Assembly: GCF_001194135.2 (NCBI RefSeq)
Contig: NC_068984.1
Location: 39,597,113 to 39,661,112, forward strand
Length of the DNA stretch: 64,000 nt
Direction: 5' to 3'
Source of the DNA: Octopus bimaculoides
Taxonomy: Eukaryota
Shown here: in pieces, positions 39,700 to 53,020 of the stretch
Layout: every line of letters begins with the position of its first letter
Numbering within the stretch: position 1 is the stretch's first letter
Made by a program: the position numbers and the translations under genes
The notes under the pieces: model-generated
The model's database searches: none
Seen by the model: the letters and a program-made list of their open reading frames with translations, nothing else
Told to the model about the DNA's origin: nothing

Positions 39700-40600
39700 G
39701 CATCATTAAAATACATATGAAAATTACAAAATACTTTTTTGTAGCAACAGTTTCGTCATATGACAGTTTCTTTGCAATGTCATTTTCTAGAGACAATATG
39801 CGTAAACAATCTAAGCGCTCTTCAGTCATGGTAGACCGAAATTTATTCTTTACAAAGGAAAGCTTTGAGGAATTCCTTTCTGCTTTACAACTTGTGATAG
39901 GTATTGTCAAGTACAGCTTATGTGCAGTGGTAATATTAGGGGATACTTCAATTAATTGTTGATCATAAATAAGCTGAAGAACTGTGCATTGCACATTAGA
40001 TGGTGTGTTTTCTTCTGTGTTCCGGGATTTCCTAAGGTGTAAATACTCTTTGAACTGATAACACTCATTTATTAATTTGTGGTCAATATTGTCTTTGTAA
40101 TACAATATTATCAGTTTGATACTGTTCTCGTCAAATTCTGAACTGTTCATCAATTCTGAGAGAAACTTGGACCTTTTCGCAGTTTGCTCATATGGACCCA
40201 TCCTCTTGCTTAACTGGATTATCAAGCAGTCATAGACTTGATTTAAAACTTATATCCTAAATTTTTCAGCCACCTTTCAAAGAAGCCCTGTCACTTGTTC
40301 CATCTGAAAATTTCTTTGTAACAATGCGTTTGGAAACATCAGGATAATTTGAGGTGATATATTCTCATAAACCTTTTGCTACTGATTCATAGTGTGCAAT
40401 CCTATCGGCTGAATTTTCTCGTAACAAATGAAAGCAAAGATGCCAGCAGAAGGTAACCTTCAAATACATCAGAACCAAGGGTTTGGAGTTTCTTACTTGC
40501 TTTGTTAAAACATTCCATAACTTCTTCCCAAACGACTGTTAAACTAGAATATTTCAATTTTACATCAAGTCCACTCTCATTAAGATACTCTCAAAACTTA
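39700..40600 (-). mobile_element. hAT transposase pseudogene (ZMYM1-like group), C-terminal half
   Basis: YLTIPITSCKAERNSSKLSFVKNKFRSTMTEERLDCLRILSLENDIA is the hAT dimerisation domain; upstream frameshifted VWEEVMECFNKASKKLQ. Confidence 0.88.
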
Positions 40601-41239
40601 ACTTTGAAAACAAAAAAGTTAACAATTACGTACCTGGCGACTCTAATAAGAAAAAGAATCTTATTGTGAATCTCTAATTAGAACTGGTAATTCAGTAGCA
40701 TTCGTTGACCTTGCGAGGAAGTTTCCACCTACTATATTTTTGAGGGATTGTTCCTATTTCGGTTGATATTCTTAATCCGTTGCCTTGTTAAACACCTACC
40801 ACCTGTTTCTAGGGTACCTTTGACAATTTCCACCCAGTAGCAAGCATTCCGGTCAGTTCACCAGTCTGAGCTTAAGTCTCTCTCTTCCTCCCACTAGTCA
40901 CCGAGGCTCTGAAAAGAGTCATGAGCGCCACAGGAAAGGCAGGTATATTCAGTCCAGTCAACCCCCACTGTATTACTAGTATTTAACAATTGATCCCAGA
41001 GAGATGAAAAACAAAGTTGAGTCCAACAGAGTTTCAACTCAAAAAATAAACGTTACTAAATATTCCGAAGCAGTTTTTCAGCATTGTACTTTTTATTGAT
41101 TTTATGCAGTGTAACCCAAAGATTTCAGAGTTGGTACAATTGTTTTTAAAGAATTGTTTAGATACTTCTCCCTGGAGAGAGAGACTGTACTCATAACTTT
41201 CACAGGCAATCCAAATCCGATGGGATTGTTGCAGTGTAT

Positions 41240-41600
41240 CTTCTTGAAATACTACAGGTTGGAACTTACAGAAAACTCATGGATAGAGAGGGATTTCAGC
41301 GCCTTGACTTTCTGGAGAGAAAGTACATGGCATGGTGATTAATACGGAACTTGGGAGGAAGGACACAATATGTACGAGAGATGAGTGAGCTGGTAGTTCC
41401 GAGGGGGATATAATATAAAACTAGACAGCTTCGATGAGCAGAGTGTACAGCGGTAGTGATAGAAGTAGATAGTGAGGAGATGTCGAGTCTAAAGGCCAGA
41501 AACTGGAATGGTTCAGTGAGCAGCTTCATGCCAATTAGCCAGCTGACCTTTTTCGGGTGTTGTACAGGATGTATGCATATGTAGAAATAACGACTCTCCA
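41240..41600 (-). mobile_element. L2/Jockey-like LINE, C-terminal fragment
   Basis: QHPKKVSWLIGMKLLTEPFQFLAFR...CVLPPKFRINHHAMYFLSR resembles the post-RT tail RRAIRLIG...LxHRR...PRTNHY..SFxPRT. Confidence 0.5.
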
Positions 41601-42199
41601 AATGCAAAACCAATATCAAATCATGGGTTTCACTTGAGTTTTAAATAACTAAACAGAAAATATTGAAAATAATGTATTTGCTTGGTAAAATATATCTAGT
41701 TTCAACATTTGATGTAACAGTTGAATTTAATATTGTAACCTCGAAACAACTGTATATAACTATCCATATAAATTACATTTGAGTAAAAATATAACCTGTA
41801 TATCATCGAATTTCTTAGAATATTTGGCATTTCGAAAATTGATAGTTCTTTTCAGATGGCATTTTGATATGTTTCCAAAATCTGTCACTCAAATCTCAGT
41901 GACTTTCTATATATTCATATCAATAAATTGATAACGAATTATCAGTAATTCGCTGAATCATTTCGTTTTGTATTCCCATCAGAGTAACATCTAGACGAAC
42001 ATAAAGGTCAGCATACGATATGTCATTAATTAGGAGCTTAAATTGTCGAAGGCATTATAAGTTACAGACTATTATTGATAAATGTGAATAAATTTCATTT
42101 AACGACTTAATAATGCAGGGCTGAATAAGAAGCATCGTAGATTTGTCGCATATCTTTGTTCAATATTTTATACTTTTAACCTTTTATTGTGTGATCAGG

Positions 42200-42885
42200 A
42201 GCAGGAATGTAGCACAGTGCTCTTCCGCGACGAGTGTTAGTGGTGTGGTTGATGTATGACTTGAACATGTACAATTGCTTGAAAAACAGTAGCAGCACCG
42301 TCTCAGACACAGGAACAATAGTATCCCATAGGTCCCACTTGAGAAACTGTTCCGGTCTGAAGTACCTTTTCATCATGGAAAAAAGCTCGTTTTTGAGGCG
42401 CAGTTATTACAATATTATAAGCATGAAATTGCAATGAGAGAGCATTGGTGATTTTTAAGCATTATATTTATAGCGCTTTTAATTGCATGTTATCGAAAAA
42501 AAAAGGGTGGCTGGGGTGAAAAAAATATTCCTATGATTTACATAGTGCTGCTAAAGGAGATAAGATTGCCATGTCTTAATTGGAGATTATTTTCGAAAAT
42601 TCTGTTCTTGAGGTATTGCGCGGTTACAATGTGTATAGGTTGCACGTTGATCAGACTTGTGAGTGGAAGGCTAAGAAGGAATGTAGAATCGTATCATCTG
42701 TTTTGGAGTGAGCACTGCTAGAGGTGACAGCAATTAGATCATTAATGTTCTTGAACAAGAGCATGTGCGACATAACCGAACATTGGGATACACTAGAGTT
42801 AATACAAAGTGGGTCTGATGAACAAACCCCAACATTGTACACTACGATATTACGATCTAACATGAAGCTTCCAAACAATAAGAGT
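42200..42885 (-). mobile_element. L2/Jockey-like LINE, RT fragment (probably the same element as 41240-41600)
   Basis: GSFMLDRNIVVYNVGVCSSDPLCINSSVSQCSVMSHMLLFKNINDL...SKTDDTILHS is a decayed SFLxDR...GVPQGSVLSPxLFxxxINDL...FADD. Confidence 0.7.
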
Positions 42886-42899
42886 TAGGTAATTTATCT

Positions 42900-43490
42900 T
42901 GGAGAATCTGATGCTAGACATGGTTAAAAATTTTGCTGACATCAAATGTTTCATAGAACTTTCAAGTCGGGGTATTTGGATAATTACCAAAGATCCCTGA
43001 CTTGGCAGTGCTATAGGAATGCATTACCCGTTCGAGACAAATTGTCCAGACACGGCATTCCAGTGTCACCGATATGCCCTTGTACAGTGTCCGGAGATTT
43101 CCGTTTTGATAATTTACGTCGAACACGTGTTGTCGCATCTAGGAAGAGTACAGCTGTCAGCTGAGTCTGTGATAAAGACTGTATCGCCAACCGGATTTTC
43201 AAAGGAAGGCGAGGCATGTTTTCTATGTACAGTCGCCGTTATAAAAGAGTGTACTTGGATGACCAGAATGAAAGGAATCGCGACAGGAACCTTTATCTCC
43301 AACCCAGGCTTGCTGTATTTCTTCAGATAACATCTGAGGAGCAAGATAGGGCTGGAGAGAAGATATCTGTCGCGAGGCATATATGAGAAAAGGTGGAAGG
43401 ATGTTGTGAAGAATTTGGAAGTGACTGTCCCTACTTATTCACATGGCAGAAGGGTTCAGTTTCTGGCTTTCTGGACCACAGTCAGTGTTT
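42900..43490 (+). mobile_element. L1/Tx1-clade LINE 3' fragment (zf-RVT region)
   Basis: YLDNYQRSLTWQCYRNALPVRDKLSRHGIPVSPICP matches W....ALPxxxxL.R.G.....CP. Confidence 0.75.
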
Positions 43491-43521
43491 TAAAAATTTT
43501 CAATCATATATATATATATAT

Positions 43522-43926
43522 CTTTTACTCTTTTACTTGTTTCAGTCATTTGACTGTGGCCATGCTGGAACACCACCTTTAGTCGAGCAAATCGACCCCA
43601 GGACTTATTCTTTGTAAGCCTAGTACTTATTCTATCGGTCTCTTTTGCCGAACCGCTAAGTTACGGGGACGTAAACACACCAGCATCGGTTGTCAAGCGA
43701 TGTTGGGGGGACAAACACAGACACGCAAACATATACACACACATACATATATATACATATATACGACAGGCTTCTTTCAGTTTCCGTCTACCAAATCCAC
43801 TCACAAGGCTTTGGTCGGCCCGAGGCTATAGTAGAAGACACTTGCCCAAGGTGCCACGCAGTGGGACTGAACCCGGAACCATGTGGTTGGTAAGCAGGCT
43901 ACTTACCACACAGCCACTCCTACGCC
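43522..43926 (-). mobile_element. tRNA-derived SINE family B, full-length and well preserved
   Basis: Minus: ggcgtaggagtggctgtgtggtaagtag...GGTTCAGTCCC...ccttgggcaagtgtcttct; CpGs intact; embedded in (TA)n. Confidence 0.9.
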
Positions 43927-43983
43927 TATATATCTATATATATATCTATATATATATCTATATCTATATCTATATCTATATCT

Positions 43984-44031
<48 letters not shown>

Positions 44032-44961
44032 ATCAAAAAATAAGCCCACCAAGCATCTTTAAATGTTTTGTAATGTCCTGTTTTGTCCTTTCTATGTGCG
44101 AATGTAACTATTCATAATGTAAAATCATCTCTTCGGTGTTTCTCATTGGTAACGGCTAAGAACCTAGAAACATCGATGTCTGGGAATCCGAGAGGTAGCA
44201 GCACTAGACAGACATGTTGTTTTTACACCTTTTTTTTTACCATAAAATATTTTTTTCTTCACGGTAATTGCTACCTTTAGCAGTTGAAATATGTCACAAA
44301 CGTATTTAACTAACCTAACGTTCACTTATGCCTAAACACTACTTGGGGCAGATATTATTGTGTATTTGATTATCTTTAATGTTATGAAAATAAATTCTAT
44401 AATATTAAATACACTGTTTATTATCTAAAAAAAAAAAAAAGCTTATAAATTTTGGAAGCTAAATTCAAACTATATGAGGGCAATGGTAGCCTTGTAATAG
44501 TGCAAAGCTTAAATGAATGTAATTGATATTAAATATTTGCAGCACAATAGCAAGTTGTAAAAGCAAACAGAATATATGGAACCTGATTTTTATTTGACCT
44601 TCACAGATTTTTCGCTTTTCATCGAGAAGATTCGATTAAATAAAATCACAAAAATAAACCTATCAGACTTCTAATATGTTCTATATACAAAATGACAAAA
44701 GTTTCTAAATATTTGTGAAGTTGGTTTGTTCAGCTATGTAGTTTTTAATTTATAATTGCGGGTGTGAAAAAAAAGGCAAAATATAATGTCTTGTGATGCT
44801 CATTTTCCATGTGGTTTTATATCTAGAAAGTCATAAACATTTAGTGTATTCTATTCAGAAGTCTGAAAATCAGTTACATTAAAAAATAATACATAATGAA
44901 GTGAATTTTGTTTTAAAAATGAATGTAATTTACCACTAGTCAACTAGAAAATTAATATTGG

Positions 44962-45173
44962 TTTCAAATTTTGGAACAAGGTCAGTAATTTTAGGGGTGG
45001 GGGTAAGTCGGTTACATCGACCCCAGTGTTCACTGGTACTTATTTTCTACAAACCGAAAGGGAAGACTGGCAAAGTGGAATTTTGCGGGAGTTGGACTCA
45101 AAACGTAAAGACGGACAAAATACCGCGAAACTTGGTGCCCGGTGTACTAACGATTCTGCCAGATCACCGCCTT
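44962..45173 (-). mobile_element. tRNA-derived SINE family A, diverged
   Basis: Colinear with 16938-17150. Confidence 0.7.
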
Positions 45174-46058
45174 AACAAGAATATTAATATTATCATTTAT
45201 TAATTTCGTTCTGTATAACTAACATAATCGAAATCTCAGCTTTATATCAAACTGTCTTAAAATCGATGAGGATATTTGATTGCATAGTCTCCAAAATCAA
45301 TGAAGATAACCATATTTTTAAATATATATTGAACACTTTTTTTATCATCCTTGAAAATAAATTTAATCTCCATGTTTCCAATTTTAAGAAACCGTAGTAA
45401 TTTGTCATAAATATTGTTATTCGCCCTTCCGTAGGAGGACCGTTTCTTGTCTATTAAACTATATAGTATTTCTGAATTAGTTTTCTATTTCTAATATGAA
45501 AGATTTTGTCAGGAAAAAAAATATATAACCTTAGTATTTCTAAATTTAAGAAATTGTAGTAATATAAAAAAAAAATATTAATATTCACCCTTCTGTAGGT
45601 GAATTCTTTCTTATCTATTAAGCAATATAATATTTCTGAACTAAGTTTTCTATCGCTGACATTCATTACTTGAAAGTCTTAGTAACCTTTTTTTTTCTTT
45701 AAATAAGAAAATGCCGTATGAATATTTACAGTATTGTTTCATCTTCAAGAAGTCCTGACTAGCTGCATAAGCAATGTACAGAATATCTGCTGATTAATAA
45801 AATATTGAAGGAAAGAAATTAACTAGGCTTAGAAATACTATATGTTAGACTGCTGCTCGTATACTCGTTAATGTATAATTATTAATTAATTCATTAAAAT
45901 CATACATATTTTTAGTGATGAGAACAATCATTAACTAAATTAATTTTAAAAAGAAAACAAGAAAGACCTCACAATTTTAATTAATTAAAATTCATTAAAT
46001 TTGAAATATGGTGGCGAGTGAGTTTGATCTTCATCAATACAGTCACATTTCTGGATAT

Positions 46059-46084
46059 GTTTCGGTCTTATTGCATCTCATCAG
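46059..46084 (-). ncRNA. decayed hammerhead ribozyme core
   Basis: Minus: CTGATGA GATG CAATAA GACC GAAAC; core boxes intact, helix II has 2 mismatches, helices I and III not convincingly formed. Confidence 0.3.
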
Positions 46085-46900
46085 CGAAGTCTAGTCTAAC
46101 CGTAACTTCAAGGCTTTAGAAATACAAGAGAGATATTACGCTACTACTTTTTTTTTTTTTACTCGTGTTTGTTTTCTGATGGGTATTGCAACAGAATTCT
46201 GAAAACACTTCACTTTATGAATAGTATGTTTAAAGGCAGAACTTGTGATGCAGATTGTGTTTGTAGATTATTTTTTTTAATGGAAGGCGAAGAACATTTG
46301 TATATTGCAGGTAATAAAAATAAAGAAGAATAAACTATGTATACTGATATATCACATAGTTCTAAAGTGCTTTTTATTCTAAAACTATTGCTTAAGCTAC
46401 TAAAAGGGCCATTACAATGAACATTTAAAAAAATGAAAGTGTATTTTGATTTCAATTTTGATGATGCAAATTATTTAGTAGACGAAAACATAAAGGACAA
46501 GGTAGATGAAAAAGTTGTTTGTAAAGGGTTATATCCCGAAATGTACGTATATTCATTATTTCTGATAAGTAGCATCAAGTAAGTTATGACAAGCAGATTG
46601 CATTTAATAGTTTGTATCTAGTATATTGTAATAAATATGTTACAGGAGACTTATGAGATAATTATCGTATGAGATATGTTAAGTGAGTAAATTACATTAA
46701 GAAAGGTTAAGAGTAGGCTTCTTCAGATAAATCACATCAGATGGTCGCCATCATTGGAGGCGTGGAAATGTGTTAAATTTGAAGTTGATTGATTGAGAGA
46801 GTTCCTACAAGTATGAGATGCTGTTTTAGGTTGTTTTTGTAGTTGTTGTTGTTGCTGCTGCTGGAACGACAACAACAACTGCTGCTACTGTAAGGTACTA

Positions 46901-47378
46901 CAGTAATCCCTCGACTATCGCGAGTGTTACGTTCCAAAACCTCCCGCGATAGGGGAAAATCCGCGAAGTAGAAACAGTACTGTACTGTATATCATTTTTA
47001 TAATTTGCATATGTTTATTTTATTATAAATGCAAAACAATACTACACACTCACCTCCCTAGTTTCGTTTTCTATACAGTATGTGCGATTCTTTGTCTACT
47101 CATCTACGGTATACTACGTATTTTCTTTTAATATATTTTAATTAGTGTGTTAAACAGTGCAGTACTGTACTCTATTTTTATTTATTAATTTTTAGGCGTG
47201 AAAATGCTTATTTTACCACAGAAATAATTAAAATATAAAAAAATATAAATACCTATTGGCCGCAGAAACCCGCGATATACTGAGGAGTCCACGATGTAAA
47301 TTTACATATATTGGCAAGAAAAATCCGCGATGTACTGAGTGCGTGATAGGTGAATCGTGATATGGCGAGGGATTGCTG
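46901..47378. mobile_element. pogo/Tigger-like MITE
   Basis: TA|CAGTAATCCCTCG ... CGAGGGATTGCTG|TA; AT-rich interior. Confidence 0.85.
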
Positions 47379-48412
47379 TATATAGTAAAACGTTTCAATA
47401 ACCCATGGGAATATTTGGTCTTAGAAATATAAGCTAAAGAAATAGGTGTCGGTCAGACACTGTTTCACATTGCTTAAAACACTTGTTTTCAAGTAACAAG
47501 AAAGAAGTATTTTTGAAAAGGTCAGCGAAGAATAAGAGATAGGATGCAAATCGCTTATCTTCTATCAGAAGCCATCTTTTCTATAACTCAGTCAGTCGAC
47601 CGTGACTCTCTATACTTGTGAAATAATTACATAAAAATGTGTTGACCCAATATATCATATATTTGATCAGATCAAACGGTAGCAGATGACATCAGCAAAA
47701 ATATATCAAATGCAGCATGAACTAATCCGTTCTATTTCCAATAGAAATATATTTATACGTTCGGTTTGTATTCATTATTCCCATCACTGGCAACATCTTT
47801 GTAGAAAAGAAAATTTATATTAACAACGTTAAAAGCACAACACCGTTGAGTTAGAGTGGTGGACCACTATTACTATTGTAGCTCTTGTTTCGAAAATAGT
47901 CAAATTTAACATCTACGAAAAAGCTCTCACTCTCTCTCTCCGTCTTCCTCTTTCTCTCCCTATCTTCCCCTCTTTCTCTCTCTCTCGTTCGCGAACGTGC
48001 TCATTTCTATTGTGGGGTCAAAGTGAAATGAAAGATACCAGTCTCAAAATTCTTGTTTGCTTCTAAGACAGAAAGTTTTTTGGTTATACTTGACTGAAAG
48101 CTTCTCATGACCGAGTCGATAGCGTAGTTAGCGAAAAAAAATTGGTTTTTATCCTATCACCAACAGTGTGCTATATCCATAGCCAAGACAGCTTCTCAAC
48201 GGTCCGATCTACCGATTTATAAATAGCTGTAAGTAGTAACACTGTTAACTTCACGAATATTTACATACTAATTTGTTTGGTTGTTCTGTAAGAGCGATAA
48301 TAATACACTTCTATTTTCGAGTCTATCACTACCCAGTTCCCGAACAACAGAGAAACCTCTAGATCAGTGATGACGAACCTATGACACGCATGTGAGCAGT
48401 GATACTCTACAG

Positions 48413-48759
48413 CAGTGGTTTTCAACCGGGGTCCATGTGTCTTCAGAGGATCCATGTAAGATACTGAGATTCCATGCAACAAAATAGTTAAATGGGAATC
48501 CACAATAGTATTTGAAGAGCTCAGAAAAAATGTTGTTTTAGATGTATGTATTGGTATGTATTTCATGAAACAGATAGGTCTTTTTCTCTAACATTTTACA
48601 TTGTTCAACCTACACCAGTTCTGTGAAAAACAAAATAGAAATTTTGAAGGAAGTTTCTATAAAACTAGTTTTTAAACATCGAATGGCTACGGGAGTCCAC
48701 CGGAATAAAATAGTTATCAAAGGAGTCTATAGACACAAAAAAATCGTTGAGAACCCCTG
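48413..48759. mobile_element. hAT-type MITE
   Basis: TIRs CAGTGGTTTTCAAC / GTTGAGAACCCCTG; flanks CTCTACAG / TTCTACGG (6/8 TSD). Confidence 0.75.
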
Positions 48760-49054
48760 TTCTACGGGTTTCTAAGTGATACGCGATGAACTTTGAAAAA
48801 AAGATTTAAAAAATCACTTTGCAATGCCATGTTATAAGCTCACTAAATTTGGCCAAGATTTTTAATGGTTCGACATATCACTCTCCCAAAATTTTATTTT
48901 TCATTGATACCTCATGAAAAAAGTAATTTGTATCACAACTTATAAATTACTAGTCGCTTAGAAACTAGTAGACAACTCATTACTGGTCTCTCGTGCAGAC
49001 TAACAGGATATGACAAGTGCATGAGTTTGAATTATTTTTTTTCATTTTACCTTT

Positions 49055-49242
49055 TACTTGTTTCAGTCAGTAGACTGCGGCAATACTGGGGCACTACTTT
49101 GAAGAGTTTTTAGTCAAATGAATCGACCCCAGTACTTTTTTTATAAGTCTGGTACTTATTATATCGGTCTCTTTTGCCAAACCACTAAGCTACGAGGGCG
49201 TAAACAAACCAAACCGGTTATTAAGCGGTGGTGAGGGGACAA

Positions 49243-49290
<48 letters not shown>
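49055..49290 (-). mobile_element. SINE family B, 3' half
   Basis: Matches 43522-43750; ends in (CA)n. Confidence 0.8.
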
Positions 49291-49294
<4 letters not shown>

Positions 49295-49584
49295 ACTCAG
49301 TTTGTTTTCCTACCATTTGATTAAGATGATAAAGATTACAAATAAAATAGTAATTTCCCCCTTTAAAAAAAAATTGAAAATGTCGACACTTCAAAGAGTC
49401 GCTGTAACTAACGCCGGCCGTCCTTTAACCTTACTTTCTTTTTTTCTTCCCTTGATCATTTACACAGCTTTCGGAGTTCCTATATTTTTTGATTCACGGG
49501 TACATTATTTTTTCTTCTTAAAGGGAAAAATTATTGTTTGATTTAAAAAAGAATATTAATCTTTATCATCCTAAGAAAAACAGA

Positions 49585-50396
49585 CAGAGAAGCTACCTCA
49601 TTATAGACGAAGATCAGTTGCAATAGGAGGAGTTGAATCTCATAAGAATGGAAAAACAATCAACAAATGGGTTGTACCTTATAACACTGCTCCGCAACCG
49701 GTATGCCGCGGCTCACTGGTGTGCCACAAGACGATGCTAAGTGCATCGCAATATAATCTGAATATCATTTTTTCTCTATACTTTTTAGTTACATTTTTAG
49801 TTCAGGTGTGCCACCGAATTTTGTAAAGAATATAAATGTACAGCAACTGAAAAAAAGTTGCGGAGCACTGCCTTATAATGAAACTCTTTTAAGAGCATTC
49901 AAATGCCATTGCAAGGTTGAAATCGTTGCTTTAGTGAGGTCGATTAAATATGTCATCAAGAACAGGCTTAAAGGGAAATTACCAAGATGCTGTTCAAAAT
50001 GAACAATGATAACGAAATTAGTCACTATCTAATGGGTAGGTATATTGGACCATCCAAAACAGTTGCATCCATTTTAGGATTTTCAATTCATGAAAGAGCA
50101 CCTGCTGTAGTGAGTCTGCAAGTTCATCTACCAGATGAACAAAGAATATTGTTCAGAAATAATGAGGATATAGCTGTCAATAAACGACATATGAGAACAA
50201 TATTACTTTATGCTGAAGTTCCCATGTATTTCACTTGGAACAGTAGTAACAAAGAATGGCAAAGAAGAAAGCGAGGAAAAAAGTTGAAGGCCATTTGAAC
50301 GTTTTCAAAGACGAAATACTTGGTTACATTTATGTTGTTAGACCAAAGATAGGAGAACTGTATTATTTAAGAATTTTATTGCACGAAGTTCGAAAT
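49585..50396 (+). mobile_element. Helitron Rep/helicase coding fragment, interrupted by a hAT MITE
   Basis: PHYRRR...NKWVVPYN|ETLLRAFKCHCKVE...SIKYVIK, EISHYLMGRYIG...ILGFSIHERAPAVVSLQVHLPDEQRILF, LLYAEVPMYFTWN...WQRRKRG, YVVRPKIGELYYLRILLHEVR are the standard post-HUH Rep motifs. Confidence 0.88.
49685..49870. mobile_element. 186-bp hAT MITE with perfect TSD
   Basis: TIRs CACTGCTCCGCAAC / GTTGCGGAGCACTG (13/14); TSD CCTTATAA at 49677-49684 and 49871-49878. Confidence 0.92.
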
Positions 50397-50489
50397 AGTA
50401 TTTTTTCCTTTGCCGCCACGTATCGACATTTTCAACTTGGAGTGATTGTGACCCAACGGGTCACGGGTACATATAGTGTGTGTGTCTGT

Positions 50490-50656
50490 GTGTGTGTGTT
50501 CGACGGGCTTTTTTCAGTGCCCGTCTACCAAATCCACTCACAAGGCTTTGGTCAGCTCGAGGCTGTAGAAGACATTTGCCCAAAGTGCCATACAGTGGCA
50601 CTGAAGCCGGAACTATGTAGTTGGGAAGCAAACTTCTTACCACACAGCCACACCTG
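50490..50656 (-). mobile_element. SINE family B, 5' half
   Basis: Matches 43760-43926. Confidence 0.8.
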
Positions 50657-52820
50657 AACCCAATCGTAATATCATCAACTGCTAATAAGAAAAATTAAAT
50701 TATCACAAAAAGAAAGTAGGTGAAATTTTCAAGATTGGAGATCTGAACGATTTGGATTTGTTGATGTCGGTGATTAAAGTTTTTTTTATATTGTGTGAAG
50801 AGCTCGTGAATAAAACTTTGAATGTAAAAGTAAGTATTTTGATAGTAAGACCGCAAAGAATATATATCTCAAGAGCTTAAGTGGAAGCACTACCAATCAG
50901 GGAACTTATTTAGATTCTTGGCAAGACTTTCCTGTTTAGTATCTGCCACTTTTAGTATTTCACATACCGTTGTTGATCTTGGAAAATGAGGGTATGTATA
51001 TAACAGAAGTTTTAGTTAAATATGTACCATTTTTATTTGATGACATTCATAATTACGATAAAGTATGTAAATGTGTTACCAATAAACAGAAGTACTATCA
51101 AATATAGTAATGAGAATGAATGCAACCTTTGAAAATAAAATGCAAGAACTTTTAAATACTCGCAACGCTTTTTATTTGTGTTAATGAGTCTACTGGCATA
51201 AACTTCACCCCTCACATTTTTAAAATTTACCCTTCACATTGTTATATTTTAACTGTACAGCTTTTTTTCTGAATAAAAGGGGGTGTTTTTTTCCACGATT
51301 CAGTAACCTTTTCTATTCGATTCTATCAAATAAAGCTTTCTTGAGAATCATGTGCATCTGCAAATTGGTTTTGTTATTGGTGTTCTCAGTTATTTGTTCT
51401 CTGTGATCTCCCTTACAAGAACGAAAAAGGAACTTTCATTGCAAAGTGAAAATGATACTAATATTTATGAGTAGTAGTTCTTTTATAATAAATTCAAAAT
51501 TTGAGGTGGTCCACAGGAAAAAATTACTTATTTTGGTGGTCCACAGCGGAAAAGGTTGGGAACCCTGCTATAAACTATATAGCAAGACAATTTCAGCTCA
51601 GCAATATATCTGTTTGGCTGAGCTACAATCGAGCAAGTTTGATGTCTTTTATGGCATCCGTGACCCAAAGCTAGGAAATATGAATGCAATGGCTCAAAAT
51701 GTACTGTCATCTCGTTAATATAGTCCCATTTCAGTGAGTGTGTTAGAACAGAAACGAAACAAAAACATATTTACAAGTAGAAGAATGTTGGAATTAAAAT
51801 TACATATTATATAACATAACATACTCCAAGAAGTACTTTTGTGAAACTATCAGAATTGGTTCCACTTCGTATGCTTATTAAAATGTAACTAAGGTGCATA
51901 TGTACGTACGTACGTACGTACGTATGTATGTATGTATGTATGTATAAAAACACATCAATAACTTCTTTTACGTTTTCTCTGCGAGCAAAGCATCATTGTA
52001 TTGAAGTTTAATTGATTTAAAAGCCAAAATCTTACATTTTTTTTTTTTCGTTACTTGACTATTCCCAGAAATTTTTGTTTAAATTTCAGCCATCTTATAA
52101 AGAATTATTTCATTGCTTTATTAACACCCTCAAAAAAAGCAATCAGTCACTCACACAATTGGTTTGCTTTTGTGTTCTAAAGTGTTTGCTCATACGACAT
52201 AGTGCCTCTTCTGCAACAATTTCGTAATTTTTTAACGTTGTACTTTTTTTAAATTAATTCTGTCCTCGTGTTATTCCAACTCGTTACGTAAACGTAAAAC
52301 AATATTGTTACTAATCCAACTAAAGGTAATAGATTAGATTGTGGGAAAATGTTGATACAAAAAGATTAGGACTGGCTCAATCAATTTTAAAATAGTATAT
52401 TGAAACATAGTCAACTAACAATTAGCTTCAATATATTCTACCTGTATGTGTTTTCCCACGATCTCTCTTTTTTTTTTTAAGTATCGCTTTGGAAAGGTGG
52501 AGTCCTTTATGTGAGTAGAGGGATTTCTGAAGTTACAAATTGGCTGTAGGGGTGAGTGCTTTAGGTAGGGTGTGATTTGGGAAGTGTTAAAGTTCCGGCT
52601 GATAAAAGTTTCCTGGTTATATTAGTGGCCACTACCTTGTAGGATATTGGATGTATAGGTTACCTATAACAACCCTGGGTAATTTAGAAAAGAACAACAT
52701 GAGACTCACTGCAAATACATTCAAAAACCGATCTTACTGGTGTCTATACTCGTTTAGGTGAAGAGATAGGAAAACTCAACGTTCTTATTCCAAGGAAGAG
52801 GAGGAAAGGGNNNNNNNNNN

Positions 52821-53020
52821 AAGAGGGGTGATGTGCTGGAGGAGGGGGAGGGGGAGGAGCAGCAGCAGGTGGAGCAGCAGGAGGATAAGAAGGTGTAGGA
52901 GGAGTAGGAGGAGCAGCAGGAGTAGGAGGAGCAGGAGAAGTAGGAGGAGTAGGAGGAGTAGGAGTAGCAGGAGGAGTAGCAGGAGTAGGAGGAGAAGGAG
53001 GAGCAGGAGCAGGAGGGAAA
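52821..53020. repeat. compound (GGA/GCA/GTA) trinucleotide repeat
   Basis: Directly visible. Confidence 0.9.
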
